Origin: Octopus vulgaris
Lineage: Eukaryota
Assembly (NCBI GenBank): GCA_951406725.2
Contig: OX597832.1
Coordinates: forward strand, 38,812,001 to 38,876,000
Reading direction: 5' to 3'
DNA length: 64,000 bases
In this document: positions 1 to 12,379 of the stretch, in pieces
Layout: every line of letters begins with the position of its first letter
How positions within the stretch are numbered: position 1 is the first letter of the stretch
The notes under the pieces: generated by a model
The model's database searches: none
What the model saw: only the letters and a program-made list of their open reading frames with translations
Told to the model about the DNA's origin: nothing
Program-made: the position numbers and the translations under genes

Positions 1-409
1 GTGAAACTAAAGACTTCTGCATGAATGCTTGCAGTAGATTAGACTGAGCTAAAACCACCATTGAATCATATAGTGGTGTTAAATCGAATGGAAGTTTACC
101 ATAGAAACCTTAACCCTCCGCTCTAAGCTGTCCAACCAACTATCTTCCATTCTAACACTTTCCATCCATCATGGATTTGATCACCTGGAGTTTATTATAG
201 AGGGGTCACTGGCACACGTTAACTGTGGGATTGAACCCAACACCACGTAGTTACAATACGAACTTCCCCATCATACAGCAGGCTCGTAGTCATACAATAT
301 CACAAGGCCAGCAATTTTGTGGTTGGGGCGAAGTCGATTAAATCGAATCAGTACTCAACCGGTGCTTTATTCTATCGACCTCGAAAAGATAAAAGACAAA
401 TCCGTCTCT

Positions 410-700
410 CCAATACAGTTCTTATCGAGTATCCATAACATTCATTGGCAGAAGTGAAGGGAATTACATGGGACTCACAACGAACACTTTCGGGAATCGT
501 TAGAAGCACTGTCTTCATCCACTTGAAAGAATATGAAAATCTCTACCTTTGTCTAACAACTGGCCTGAAATCCACCCCCAAAATTTTCTGAACGTCCCAT
601 CGTAGACCCAAATTTATATCCACCGGTTTTAAAGAGATGAGTGGAATAATTATCTTTAATGATCATTGGCTTGAACTGGGTAATCTCCCTTTACACCATC
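410..700 (+). pseudogene. Penelope-like GIY-YIG endonuclease remnant
   Basis: From 423 it reads YRVSITFIGRSEGNYMGLTTNTFGNR*KH, matching the PLE pattern Y...YIGxTxxxFxxRxxxH. Stops are present, and it lies just upstream of the hammerhead-bearing repeat. Confidence 0.6.
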
Positions 701-1071
701 ATACTCTAATCACCTGCAGTCTGCGATACAATAGCCTACAAGACCCATAATAATCAATGGGCATTGGTATATATCCTTCTCTGAAAACAACTTTATTCAC
801 TGTACACTGTCAGACAATCCTATGTTTCCATAAGAAATGAAAGCAGTATTCATACTGACAAATAGTGTTAAAAACCACCTAAACACGAATGTTCCCTAGA
901 AACCGGTCAGGTGGTGTTAAACACTATTTGCCCAGTGTGAATATGGTTTTCATCTCTTATAGAAATTTTTGACCAGATAGTTTTCTCGTTGCAAGATCAG
1001 TGACTGCGTCACTTAGTTTTCTATATATCGTGAACTACAGTGAACTACTGCAATGTCTAGCGGACGAGTAT

Positions 1072-1120
1072 CCATCACCGAGGATGACTATATGAAGGTC
1101 GAAACCGTACAGTCTGATGG
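1072..1120 (+). ncRNA. Minimal type I hammerhead ribozyme, copy 1 (CCGAGGA core)
   Basis: CCATCA-CCGAGGA-T-GAC..GTC-GAAA-C(CGTACA)G-TC-TGATGG. Stem I is CCATCA/TGATGG; predicted cleavage after C1114. Confidence 0.65.
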
Positions 1121-1428
1121 TCTCAGAGCTAAGCGAGTAAGGAGTTCTCTCCCTGCTTGCACTATATATCGAGTGCAGAGTGCACTGCTTGTGCTGGTGG
1201 AGGGGGTGTCCTCTCGGGGTTAAAATGACAGTATCGTCGGTTCCTGTGGAACAGCCGTATTAAGGTGGCATTAAACAATATTTGTCAGTATGAATACTGC
1301 TTTCATCTCTTACAGAGATTTTCTTGAATGGCTAGTTTGCTTGATGCAAGATAAGTGACTGTGTGTCACTTATTTCTTTAAGTATTGCGAGTTAGAGTGA
1401 ACTACTGCTATGTCTAGTGTACAAGTAT

Positions 1429-1474
1429 CCATCACCGAGGAAGACAATAAGATCGAAACCACACGGTCTGATGG
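1429..1474 (+). ncRNA. Minimal type I hammerhead ribozyme, copy 2 (CCGAGGA core)
   Basis: CCATCA-CCGAGGA-A-GACAATAAGATC-GAAA-CC(ACAC)GG-TC-TGATGG. Stem II is weakened; predicted cleavage after C1468. Confidence 0.6.
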
Positions 1475-2724
1475 TCTCGGGGCTACTATAGTAGGGAGTT
1501 CTCTCTCCATTTGCAATGTATATTGAGTGCAGAGTGTACTGCATAACCAGTAAGAGAAGGTGTCCTCCTGGGGTTAAAATGGCAGTATCGTCGGTTTCTA
1601 GTAAACAACTGTGTTCATGTGGCGTTAAACACTATTGATATCATGTTTATTTTAAAAGTGTGGAACTCTGAGAAGCAAGGAATGAATCACCAACTACTAC
1701 ATTTCCCAATTAATATAAAATTTACACCAAATACTGACTGATCTTTAACTTTATTTGTAAAGCGCGCACACACACACACAAACACACACATTATTTTTCG
1801 CTATCATAAATGCCTCAAATATAATGCCTTCCTATCAAATTTTTGTTTTTACTTGATTTTTACTGCTTCAAACAAATTTATTTTTTATCTTTCAGCTTTA
1901 AATATTTAATTTCACGCAATATTACGTTTCCTAATTGTACTTTCTCACATTAGTAGTAAAAGTGGTTCCTTTACTAATTTGAAATAAGATTCAGTTTTAA
2001 TTTTTTATATATATATATTTTTTACATACTTTCACTATTTCGCTTAGCTTTTTTCCTTCCACAAACACTTTATAATATTAACCTATATTAAAAATAAAAA
2101 AAAACTACTTTTGTCCTTCCTTTTTCACGGTTTGTTTCCAAGAATTTCCAGTTTGGAATTTAATTTACCAAACTTTAATTTTAGCATTATTATCTATTAA
2201 TGATAACTCAACACTGAATCTAAAACATGAAAGCAATTTAAACTCGACGGGTGATATAATAAAAGTAATTATTAAAACACGCACAAAGGCATCACACGAA
2301 AAAAAAAATGCGTGAAAATTAACAGACTGATTATTAATAATAGCGGAATTAATTCATTTGGTGGCATCAGATATTATCTTTCACTCATTAGTACACGCTT
2401 CATATTTAAGCTGCTTAAGTAGATTAAAAGGAAGTTTTGCAGATGTTGTTGTTGTTGTTAGTTTTGTTTAACCACAGCTTGACTTTGATCGACCAGATGT
2501 AGAACCAAAAGTAAAACCATAAACACATAACAGCCATAAACATCCTGTCCTTTATTTATGACATTGGATCATAAAGTTCCTGGCGTATTAAGTCACTTTC
2601 CAATTTTAAAGATTACTGCGTTTAATTTAAGAGGAATTCAGCTGTTATTTCTTCAGGGTCGAACAATCACATGAAAGATTTCTCTGATTCGAAAAGACGA
2701 ATGTTTCTGTCAAATGATAATCTA

Positions 2725-2880
2725 TACGCAGGTGTGTCTATGTCGTGGAAGACTTGCTTTCAAGCAACATTGTTCCGGGTTCAGTTCCACTGCATCACAT
2801 CGTAGCAAGTATATTCTGCTATAGTTTCAGGCCGACCAAAGCCTTGTGAGTTCATTTGATAGACGGAAACCGAAGGAAAT
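2725..2880 (+). mobile_element. SINE family A, 5' part
   Basis: Matches the head and core of the full copy at 44682 (GTTCCGGGTTCAGT...GCAAGT...GCCTTGTGAG...GACGGAAAC). Confidence 0.75.
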
Positions 2881-2889
2881 ATGTATATG

Positions 2890-2920
<31 letters not shown>

Positions 2921-2934
2921 ATATACATATTTTT

Positions 2935-3135
2935 TTCTGTCCTTTTTCCTCCCCTTTTTCTCTCCTTTTTTTCTCTCCTTGCTCCACTCCTTGTTTTTTT
3001 CTGTGTTCCTTTCTGTAGAAGAGCGTAGGCCCGAAACGTAAAATACTTTTTCTATTCCTGAACGTTATACTAATACATCTGTTTGTTTTGTACACCACCT
3101 GTCTTCGTCTTTTGTTGTTTTCGTAAACTCTCCCT
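2935..3135 (+). mobile_element. Short (TA)n-flanked element with a degenerate hammerhead (3010-3043)
   Basis: TTT-CTGTAGA-A-GAGC GTAG GCCC-GAAA-CGTA-AAA followed by TTCCTGAACGT. Same layout as 3745-3950. Confidence 0.5.
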
Positions 3136-3157
3136 ATATATATATATATACACACAC

Positions 3158-3201
<44 letters not shown>

Positions 3202-3215
3202 TATATACTATATAT

Positions 3216-3247
<32 letters not shown>

Positions 3248-3283
3248 CTATATATATATACTTATATATATATATATATATAT

Positions 3284-3351
<68 letters not shown>

Positions 3352-3361
3352 AGTATATATG

Positions 3362-3741
3362 TACACTACCGTCAGAAATTAATTAGCACCCTTGATTTGC
3401 TCTTCACTCAAGGTATGTGCTGTCACCTAGTGGCCATATCTCGAACTATTGCTTTGTTGCGAGTTCACTGTTGCGCAGAACGATGACGTAACTTGTTTGC
3501 AGAGCAGTTTGAGAGTCTACATCCTTATAATGTTGACATAGCAGTGCAACAAATTGGAGTGCGGATGCAGACAAATCTTCCTTTGTTTAATAGATATAGG
3601 TAGCGCCTCGCAAGAACCGAAATCACACCATACTAAGTTTTCTCATCGCGTAAGACGTTTTGAACAGCTCATAGGTTAATTGATTTAACCTATTTAATGT
3701 AGAAATTTGAGAAGTGCTAATTAATTTCTGACGCAAGTGTA
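3362..3741. mobile_element. Tc1/mariner-type MITE, about 380 bp
   Basis: TIRs TACACTACCGTCAGAAATTAATTAGCAC and (rc) TACACTTGCGTCAGAAATTAATTAGCAC, with TA at both ends. Confidence 0.85.
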
Positions 3742-3816
3742 TATATGTGACCGCGTGTGTATCGTTGGCGATTTTCTTTCTCCGTCTTCCCTTCATTGGA
3801 CCTTTTCTTTTTCTCT

Positions 3817-3851
3817 GTTTCTGACGAAGAGCTCTGCTCGAAACGTTAAAT
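3817..3851 (+). ncRNA. Minimal type I hammerhead ribozyme with canonical core, inside a ~200-bp element (3745-3950)
   Basis: GTTT-CTGACGA-A-GAGC(TCT)GCTC-GAAA-CGTTA-AAT. Palindromic stem III (AACGTT) is typical of dimeric PLE hammerheads. Confidence 0.75.
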
Positions 3852-3960
3852 CCTCCTTCTTTCCTTTCCTTTCCTGAGCGTCCAATAACATTATACTTGT
3901 TCCACATCCTCGCGTTTTTGTGTTTTCCTTTTGTTCATGTTTGAATTAGCTATATATATA

Positions 3961-4040
<80 letters not shown>

Positions 4041-4685
4041 CATATGTATATGGCAGTCTCACTATAGTTTTAACTTTCATCCTACAGTACGAGACTACAC
4101 AGGCTGCTGCGATATCTAATCGCAGACTGGGCATGATTACTATACTCCCGTGTTCGTCTCTCGCTTCGGGCGAACGAATGTCCTCCATCGTACATGATCA
4201 TTCTCCATTTTTATCGGCCATCAACCAAAATATTCCCCACTCTCACTAACTTATAACCATACTTCTTCAATATATTTTCAATATATTCTGATAAACCACT
4301 TCTTTTGCTTTCCTCAATGGTGCCTTCTCTTACTTTAGTGTCGTCGACCAGTAAATAAGACACACTTTTCATTGAGGCATAAGCTCTGATTACAAAACGT
4401 CAAATAGTGGACTTCATCGAATAATAAAGAATGAATAGGATATAGTAAATTATAATGTTCTGTTTAAAGAAAGCTTTATAGAAGTATTCAAAAGTCTTAT
4501 GTTTCGGTGACATGATATTGTTATACAACATAAGCAGCAATTTGATACAGAAAAGATAAGCTGCGTCGCTTTCTCTTTTCTGTCTCAAATTCGTGTTTAT
4601 AATGCGTAATATCGCTTAGATGGTAATTCATTTATAATGCATAATATTAAAATGTTATTTACTGAAAAATGGTGGTATTATGAAA

Positions 4686-4722
4686 TCTCTCCTTCGCTAT
4701 CTCACTCTCCCCCTTTCCCCTC

Positions 4723-4753
<31 letters not shown>

Positions 4754-5046
4754 GTATTTATATGTGTGTGTGTGTGTGTGCGTATGTAGATATACACACC
4801 TATATATACGTATATGTGTAGGTACAGTATATATATATATATACACACACACACATAAATATATACACACATTCACATACATATATATAGATGTGTATAT
4901 CTACATAGATATCTGTATATATATATATACATTCATACACACGTGTATGTACATATGTATATATGTAAACATATGTAAGTATATGTGTGTATACATAATA
5001 TATGTACACAGAGGGAAAGGGAGAGAGAGAGAGTGAGGGAGAGATG
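4686..5046. repeat. Inverted ~45-bp CT/AG-rich arms enclosing AT/AC microsatellite
   Basis: ATCTCTCC...CCCTTTCCCCTCTGTGTACATATA (4686-4735) versus TATATGTACACAGAGGGAAAGGG...GGAGAGAT (5000-5046). Confidence 0.6.
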
Positions 5047-5061
5047 TTTTATAATACAACC

Positions 5062-5100
<39 letters not shown>

Positions 5101-5380
5101 TTCACAGATATACACACATTCATATGCAGAGAAGGAGAGAGGGAGAGTAAGAGACAAAGGCCGACATAAAGTTAGATTTGAGTATTGGAATGTCAGAGCT
5201 GGTAGCACAAATTTGTTAATTTGATTTCTTACAACAACGGGAAACCCGACCTAATAGTCAAATTCTTTCTCCATTTATAACGAAATAAAAAGGTGAACAT
5301 CTCTATCGCCCCCGTCTCGTCATCTCTCAACGTACATAAATACGCACACTTAGATACAAATATACATACGTATGTATGTG

Positions 5381-5421
5381 TACGCTGATGACGGGTCAAT
5401 ACCCAGAAACTCGAGTCCATG
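5381..5421 (+). ncRNA. Minimal type I hammerhead-like motif, third family
   Basis: TACG-CTGATGA-C-GGGT(CAAT)ACCC-A-GAAA-CTCGAG-TC-CATG. Palindromic stem III ACTCGAGT; stem I is imperfect. Confidence 0.6.
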
Positions 5422-5699
5422 TGTATCATAGGTTGAAGACGGGAAGGATGGCTTCCCTTTGCAAATACTGATAGGGCACAGAAAGTGTGTCTATAACCAG
5501 CTGGAGGAGGTGTTCTCCTGGGGCTACAAGCTACAGTAGCATCCACCCCTAGGGGTTAGCCATATTTAAATGGCAAATATACTTCACGATGTGTTGCAGC
5601 TACTGTTTATACCTCGCTCAGAGATTTATTTTTGTTTCCTAATTATAATTATACTCATAATTATAAAATTTTGTATATATATATATATATATATATATT

Positions 5700-5900
5700 A
5701 ATTTACTTAATTTCCCTAGGTCCGACATACATGGGCATATTAGTCGGACTTTAGGGTCTGCATAGAAATTATCTTCATGGTCTTTTAGCGTTATACTTGG
5801 GTGCCATGGCACGTAGGGTTCTGTCTTTTTATCTAGTTCATAATTCGTCATAATTTCTTTATAACACTTATTTATTTTCTCTAAAGTATTTTATAATTTT
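5700..5900 (-). pseudogene. Penelope-like reverse transcriptase N-terminal remnant
   Basis: The ORF reads PSITLKDHEDNFYADPKVRLICPCMSDLGKLSK, matching the PLE motif ITLKDHKxNF...RLINPxKSxLGxISK. Confidence 0.75.
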
Positions 5901-6011
5901 TTGTTGATTTCTTTCTCTAGTAAACTATCATATGTTTCTATATCTAATTTATATAAGTTGCTGGTTTTGTCCGATTGTACAAAGATTCCTTCAGTATTAT
6001 CTCAGTTCTAT

Positions 6012-6465
<454 letters not shown>

Positions 6466-7080
6466 ATATACAATGAATTATTAGAGCTGAGGCTTCACAT
6501 CTGTATTCCTGCGTCTTTCCAATTCATTTTCATTACAAAGCAAAACTGAAGAAACAGTTATACAGTTATCTTTATTTAATATTCACCATATTGAGAAACT
6601 GCGAAAGAAAATTCTCACTCAGACTATTTTCTTCCTTCTCCTCTCCATTTTTACTACTCCACCACCACCACCACCACCACCACCCCACCACCGCTGCAAC
6701 CACCACCACCACCTTCAAAATTCATATTACTGAAGAACATTGTATTAGAAATATGGTCAAGCCTCTTAGAACCATGTGCAGCTGTCTGTAAGTTGCTACT
6801 AAGTATTGCTTCGGTGTACTTAAGGTGGTAAACTGATACAATGCGCCGACAGACTTCATTGAAATAATTACGAAAAGGATAACTGGATAATAACATGCTG
6901 AGATGGAGTTCATTGAGGTGGGGGGAAAAAGAGACACCGTAGGGGGAAACAATTTGCTGTTGTATTCAATTTTTCTAGATCGGTAACGATTGCAAGTGTA
7001 ATACGATGTAGAAATATGAAATAAAGTTTTATCTGCGCTCTTACAATTCTTATTCATTTTGTAATATGTGTCCTGAGGCA

Positions 7081-7118
<38 letters not shown>

Positions 7119-7237
7119 TGTCAGCTCATATTGCTGTATTTATCTTGCTAAGACCTTTGAATTTATTAACCGTGCGCGCGCAGCACAGACACACACGCAC
7201 GGACAGACACACAAACACACAAACACACACACACACA

Positions 7238-7275
<38 letters not shown>

Positions 7276-7375
7276 GAGTCACAGATCTACCCAAATAGAA
7301 AGAATACAAATGAATAATTGCCACACATATTTACGTTTAATTAGAAATAAGGAATTAAGTATGTATGTATGAATG

Positions 7376-7463
7376 TATGACGATGATGATGATGATGACG
7401 ATGATGACGATGATGATGATGATGGTGATGATGATGACGATGATGATGATCATGATGATGAAT

Positions 7464-7510
<47 letters not shown>

Positions 7511-7660
7511 GATGATGATGACGATGATGATGATGACGATGATGACGATGATGATGATGATGATGGTGATGATGATGGTGATGATGATGATGATGATCAT
7601 GATGATGATGATGATGAAGATGATGATGATGGTGATGATGATGATGAGGATTATGATTAA

Positions 7661-7691
<31 letters not shown>

Positions 7692-7830
7692 ATGATGATG
7701 ATCATGATGATGATGATGATGATAAGGATGATGATGATGATGATGATGATCATGATGACGAAGATGATGATGATGATGATCATGATTATGATGAAGATGA
7801 TGATGATGATGATGATGACGTTGATGACGA
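7376..7830. repeat. (GAT)n microsatellite, imperfect
   Basis: Direct inspection. Confidence 0.95.
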
Positions 7831-8114
7831 TAGATTAAAACAGAAAAATACATCGTTTTTGTTAAGCACTGCAACACCAATTCTCACGTTAGTAGGCGAT
7901 GCCCCAGCATGGCCACAGGTCGTGAGCTGAAACTAGATGAAAAAAAGAAAATTAAACAAAGAAACCAGAACAAGTCTATTACTCCGCCGTTCTTTAAGCC
8001 AGAGTTTCATATGTATTTCGTCATTTAATTCGTCTCATTTCTAAGTGAGATGCTTTATCCTCTGAGGTTGTTGCACTTACCAATTTTAATTTGGGAATAA
8101 TTAGATTAAATGTA

Positions 8115-8541
8115 TACTCTTTTTACTTGTTTCAGTCATTTGAATGTGGCCATGCTGGAGCACCACCTTTTTTTAGTCGAGCAAATCGACCCTAGGACAT
8201 ATTCTTTGGAAGCCTAGTACTTATTCTATCGGTCTCTTTTGCCGAACCGCTATGTCACGGGGACGTAAAAACACCAGCATCAGTTGTCAAGCGATGTTGG
8301 GGGGGACAAACACAGAAACAGAAATATATACACATACACATACATATACATATATACACATATATACGACGGGCTTCTTTCAGTTTCCGTCAACCAAATC
8401 CACTCACAAGGCTTTGGTCGGCCCGAGGCTATAGTATATTTCTTTATTTATACACTTGCCCAAGGTGCCACACAGTGGGACTGAACCCGGAACCATGTGG
8501 TTCGTAAGCAAGCTACTTACCACACAGCCACTTCTATGCCT
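8115..8541 (-). mobile_element. SINE family A, full length
   Basis: Reverse complement of the 44682 copy: tRNA-like head, internal microsatellite and CCAGCATGGCC...GAAACAAGTAAAA tail. Confidence 0.9.
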
Positions 8542-9184
8542 ATGTTGATCATTTCACTAATGAGCTGCACAAGTTGCCAAGTTGCATATATTTATATATA
8601 GTATATATGTGTGTGTGTATATATATATATATACACACATACCTATACTTTCTTTACAATCACTCAAAACACAGCCATACACTGCTAAGTCAAAAACATC
8701 TGGCCTTCCAATTAAAAACTTCGACCACTTGAATAAAAAAAAACCTTTTCTTCCCCACCCAAAAGGTCACAAAAAAGAAAGAAAAAACAATTTATTGAAT
8801 CTTAATGAAGCAGGTTTGACCGCACTGATACAGAGGCCACGCCTCCTTTACCTCCCCTTCCCTCTCAAATGTTTTCTTCTTTCTTTTCCTTTCCTCCGCA
8901 GGTCCCTGCAAATACTCCTACTTTCTTTTCTTTTCTCTATCTTCACTAACTCTCACTCTCTCACCCTTGCACCTTCCTTTCTAATTTGTTCCTCTCTTCC
9001 CCCTCCCCCTCTCTCTTTTTAAAACATCATGAGTTTCAATTTTATATAAAAAGGCGAAGCAATCTTACAATAAACCACTTATTTGATTAAATACGATAAC
9101 GGAAGAAAGCGCTAAAAAAGGGAAATAAAAATATGTATAATCATCCAACATACTGACTACCTTATTACTCTCAATATACAATAT

Positions 9185-9345
9185 CTGTGTTTACGAACCC
9201 GTAACTTAGCGGTTCAGCAAAAGGGACCGATAGAATAAGTACTAGGCTTACAAAGAATAAGTCCTGGGGTCGAGTTGCTCGACTAAAGGCGGTGCTCCAG
9301 CATGGCCGCAGTCAAATGACTGAAACAAGTAACAGAGAGTAAATG
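9185..9345 (+). mobile_element. SINE family A, 3' half
   Basis: CTTAGCGGTTC...GGCGGTGCTCCAGCATGGCCGCAGTCAAATGACTGAAACAAG. Confidence 0.85.
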
Positions 9346-9407
9346 AGTATATATACATGTATACATATATAAGGTTTTTAACTGCTCTTCTCTCTCTCTC
9401 TCTCTCC

Positions 9408-9477
<70 letters not shown>

Positions 9478-9503
9478 ACACACAGACACACTCACACACA
9501 CAA

Positions 9504-9536
<33 letters not shown>

Positions 9537-10921
9537 CACATTTATTCACATATATGTACGTATGCATTTTATAGAGATATGCACGTATATATTTGTGTGT
9601 ATTGAATTGCATTGAACCAGTTTCAGCTCACGAGCTGTGGCCGTGCAAGGGCATCGCCATTTATATATCCATTGTAGTTATAAAAATAACGCAGAATGTA
9701 TATTTATATGTACATATGCATATATACACACGCATACGTATTTGTGTGTGCGTGTGTATACACACACACACACATATATATATGTATATGTATGTATATA
9801 TGTATGTATAATCATTCTTATTTCTACTAAAGCTAAATTATTTACGAATAAGTTATCATTCTATCTAATAAGAAGATATAAAATATTTCTGATAATTTAC
9901 CTGTCAGCTATAATCAAAACCTGTGTGCAGAATACACTTCTTTGCATGAACAGGTATTCAGTTCTTTTATAAAACTCGTGTTTATTTATGCTGGTCTGCA
10001 AACACTTTTCATTTGCATGCACATATACACACACACATATACACACGCAGAAACACACCCGCACTCACACACATACTCTCTCTCGCTATCTATCTCTCTC
10101 TCACACACACATACAACCGTATTCAGACACACAGATATACACTGATGGTGATAGTTTTTTACCTCCAGTAAGAGAGATCCTACATCAGACAGCATTAACA
10201 GGGTCACCTTATATTTTCCATATTTGCAATCTCTGAAGAGTATGTGAACCAAACATCCGTTGTGTTATCAAATATCTGTTTATCTAATAGCCGGTACAAA
10301 ACCAATTGGTAAGATCGTCTGCAATGGATTTATAATACTGTATATTTTGATTACTACACCCACTTTATTGGCAAGTATACAAATATACGAATGACCAAGA
10401 ATACACGTTTGATAATTCATGAAAACACCCGATATGCTGGTTGTGCAGAATGAATTATTTTTATAAATACAATATTTTACTGGAGGCAAAGTCGTTTTAC
10501 TATGATACCTCATCAGAATTAATTCATAAAACTCGAAGGCGGCCGATGAAAATATTTTACAATGATTCAATAGCGAGTTGTATCACGTGGTTCAAGGTTA
10601 AGACTGATGAGAAAATTCTAGAATGTTCTTTCAAAAAAATATAAATGAAAAAAAAAAACACCCCTAAAAGAAAATAGTACACACTTTATTATCTTAATTT
10701 TCTGTTTGTTGCACTTTAGAATTGCTATTTTACAAACGAAAACTGCAAATGTCTTGGGTCTTACCTAAATCTATTAATCACTTTTTGAATGAGATTCTGT
10801 TCCTTCTAAAAAACAAGAAAAATTATTAAAAACTAGTTCGATGAACTGTCACTCTGTACACACACAGAAGTACACACACAAACACACACACATACCACAC
10901 ACACATACACACACGTGCACG

Positions 10922-10955
<34 letters not shown>

Positions 10956-10998
10956 CACAGGTGCGTGTGTGTGTGTATTTATATGTATTGTATGTATG

Positions 10999-11854
10999 TA
11001 CAAGGTATATTCCATAAGTTTGGAGACTTTTTAGAAGAGGCATTTATAACTGTGCTATTGTAATTTTAGTACATCATTACTATATGTCAAATTAGTTAAT
11101 CTGTCAATTTTTTTAAATTCCAGGTCGAAGGAGACAGCTGTAGCAACGCTTTAAAAACACCCTACTAAACAGTGCTTGATACAGCTGACTACTTTGCAGA
11201 ATGCAGTCGGGATGTTTAGGAAATTCATTCAGCTAATAAAGTTTCGTGTTAAACTGGATAAAAAATAAATATTACAGAAACTTATGAAACACACAAAACC
11301 TTTTCGCTGGCGCAGTAGTTTTAAGGACGGTACAGAGAAGGTAAGAGATTATGAGAGCTGTCAGAGGGAGATGAACGTCAGAACGTCAGAACGTCAGAAG
11401 TGGTTGGGAAAATTGGCAATTATCTGGATGAAAACCGTCGTGTGTCTTTAAAGAAAACAAACGTATAGTTTGGAGTCAGTGTGCGATGATTGTACACAGA
11501 GTTATTCATGAAGCCCTGAACATGCTCAAAATTCGTACAAAGTTTGTTTCAAGGTTACAGAAGGGTGATCATTCTAGAAACCAACTGCTTAACGGAGATG
11601 GGCATCATAACTGTCCCTCATTCGCCCTACAGTCCAAACCATGCTCTCTGTGAACTTTTGTTTGTTCGCGACAAGGGTTCTGGACACCTTCATTCTGGAG
11701 GGACTTCTATCATCCAGACCTTCATGAAGTGGCTACAAGTGCAGTGAAGTTAGAAGAACCTGCTTTGAGGGAGATCAGCGTTTTGTACGTCTTTGGAATT
11801 AAGGATAAATGTCTCGCCTGAAAATGTCTGAAAACTTCTGAAATGCACCATGTA
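10999..11854 (+). mobile_element. Internally deleted mariner transposon
   Basis: TIRs TACAAGGTATATTCCATAAGTTT and (rc) TACATGGTGCATTTCAGAAGTTT. Peptide remnants IKFRVKLDK, FKDGTEKVRD, VIHEALNMLKIRTKFVSR and PHSPYSPNHALCE (compare PHPPYSPDLAPCDF). Confidence 0.85.
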
Positions 11855-12379
11855 AGTGCGTGCGACTGAGTGTGTGTGTGTGTGTGTATATGCGCGCGTG
11901 TGTGTATGTGTGTGTGTATGTGTGCATGTGTGTGCATGTGTGTGTGCGCGCGTGTGTGTGTGTGTGCATGTGTGTGCATGTGTGTGTGCGTATGTGTGTG
12001 TGTGCACGCGTGTGTGTGTGCATGTGTGTGCATGTGTGTGTGCGTGTGTGCGTGTGTGCGTGTGCGCGCGTGCATGAATATATGGTGTCACTTTCACATT
12101 ATGGATCAGCACTGTATTATTTGTGAAACCTAAGTCCGGGATATTTTTAGCCCATGTCCGGTGGAGCACTGTCTGATTCATGAATAACATATTTCTTCAC
12201 GCACAAATACACACACATACACATATATGTACACAGATACACATATATGTGCGCTTATATATACATGTATGTAAATGTGTACACATTTGATATATGTGTA
12301 TGGCGTATATGTATGTGTGTTGCTGCGTGCGTGTGTGTGGGTAAGTGTGTGTGTGCATGCGTGCTTTCGTAATGAAGAG

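Larger units (their letters stand above)
830..1640 (+). mobile_element. Penelope pseudo-LTR / retrozyme-like tandem repeat (354-bp unit, about 2.1 copies) with an upstream inverted partial copy
   Basis: The GTGGYRTTAAAC anchor recurs at 911, 1265 and 1619 (period 354). 830-905 is the reverse complement of the unit junction. Each unit carries one hammerhead motif. Confidence 0.75.

Noticed and set aside
7341-7880. Poly-His, poly-Met and poly-Asp ORFs
   Set aside because: A (GAT)n microsatellite that is open in several frames.
10280-10644. Complex-looking ORFs as a possible exon
   Set aside because: No recognisable motif and no consistent acceptor/donor pair with an open frame.
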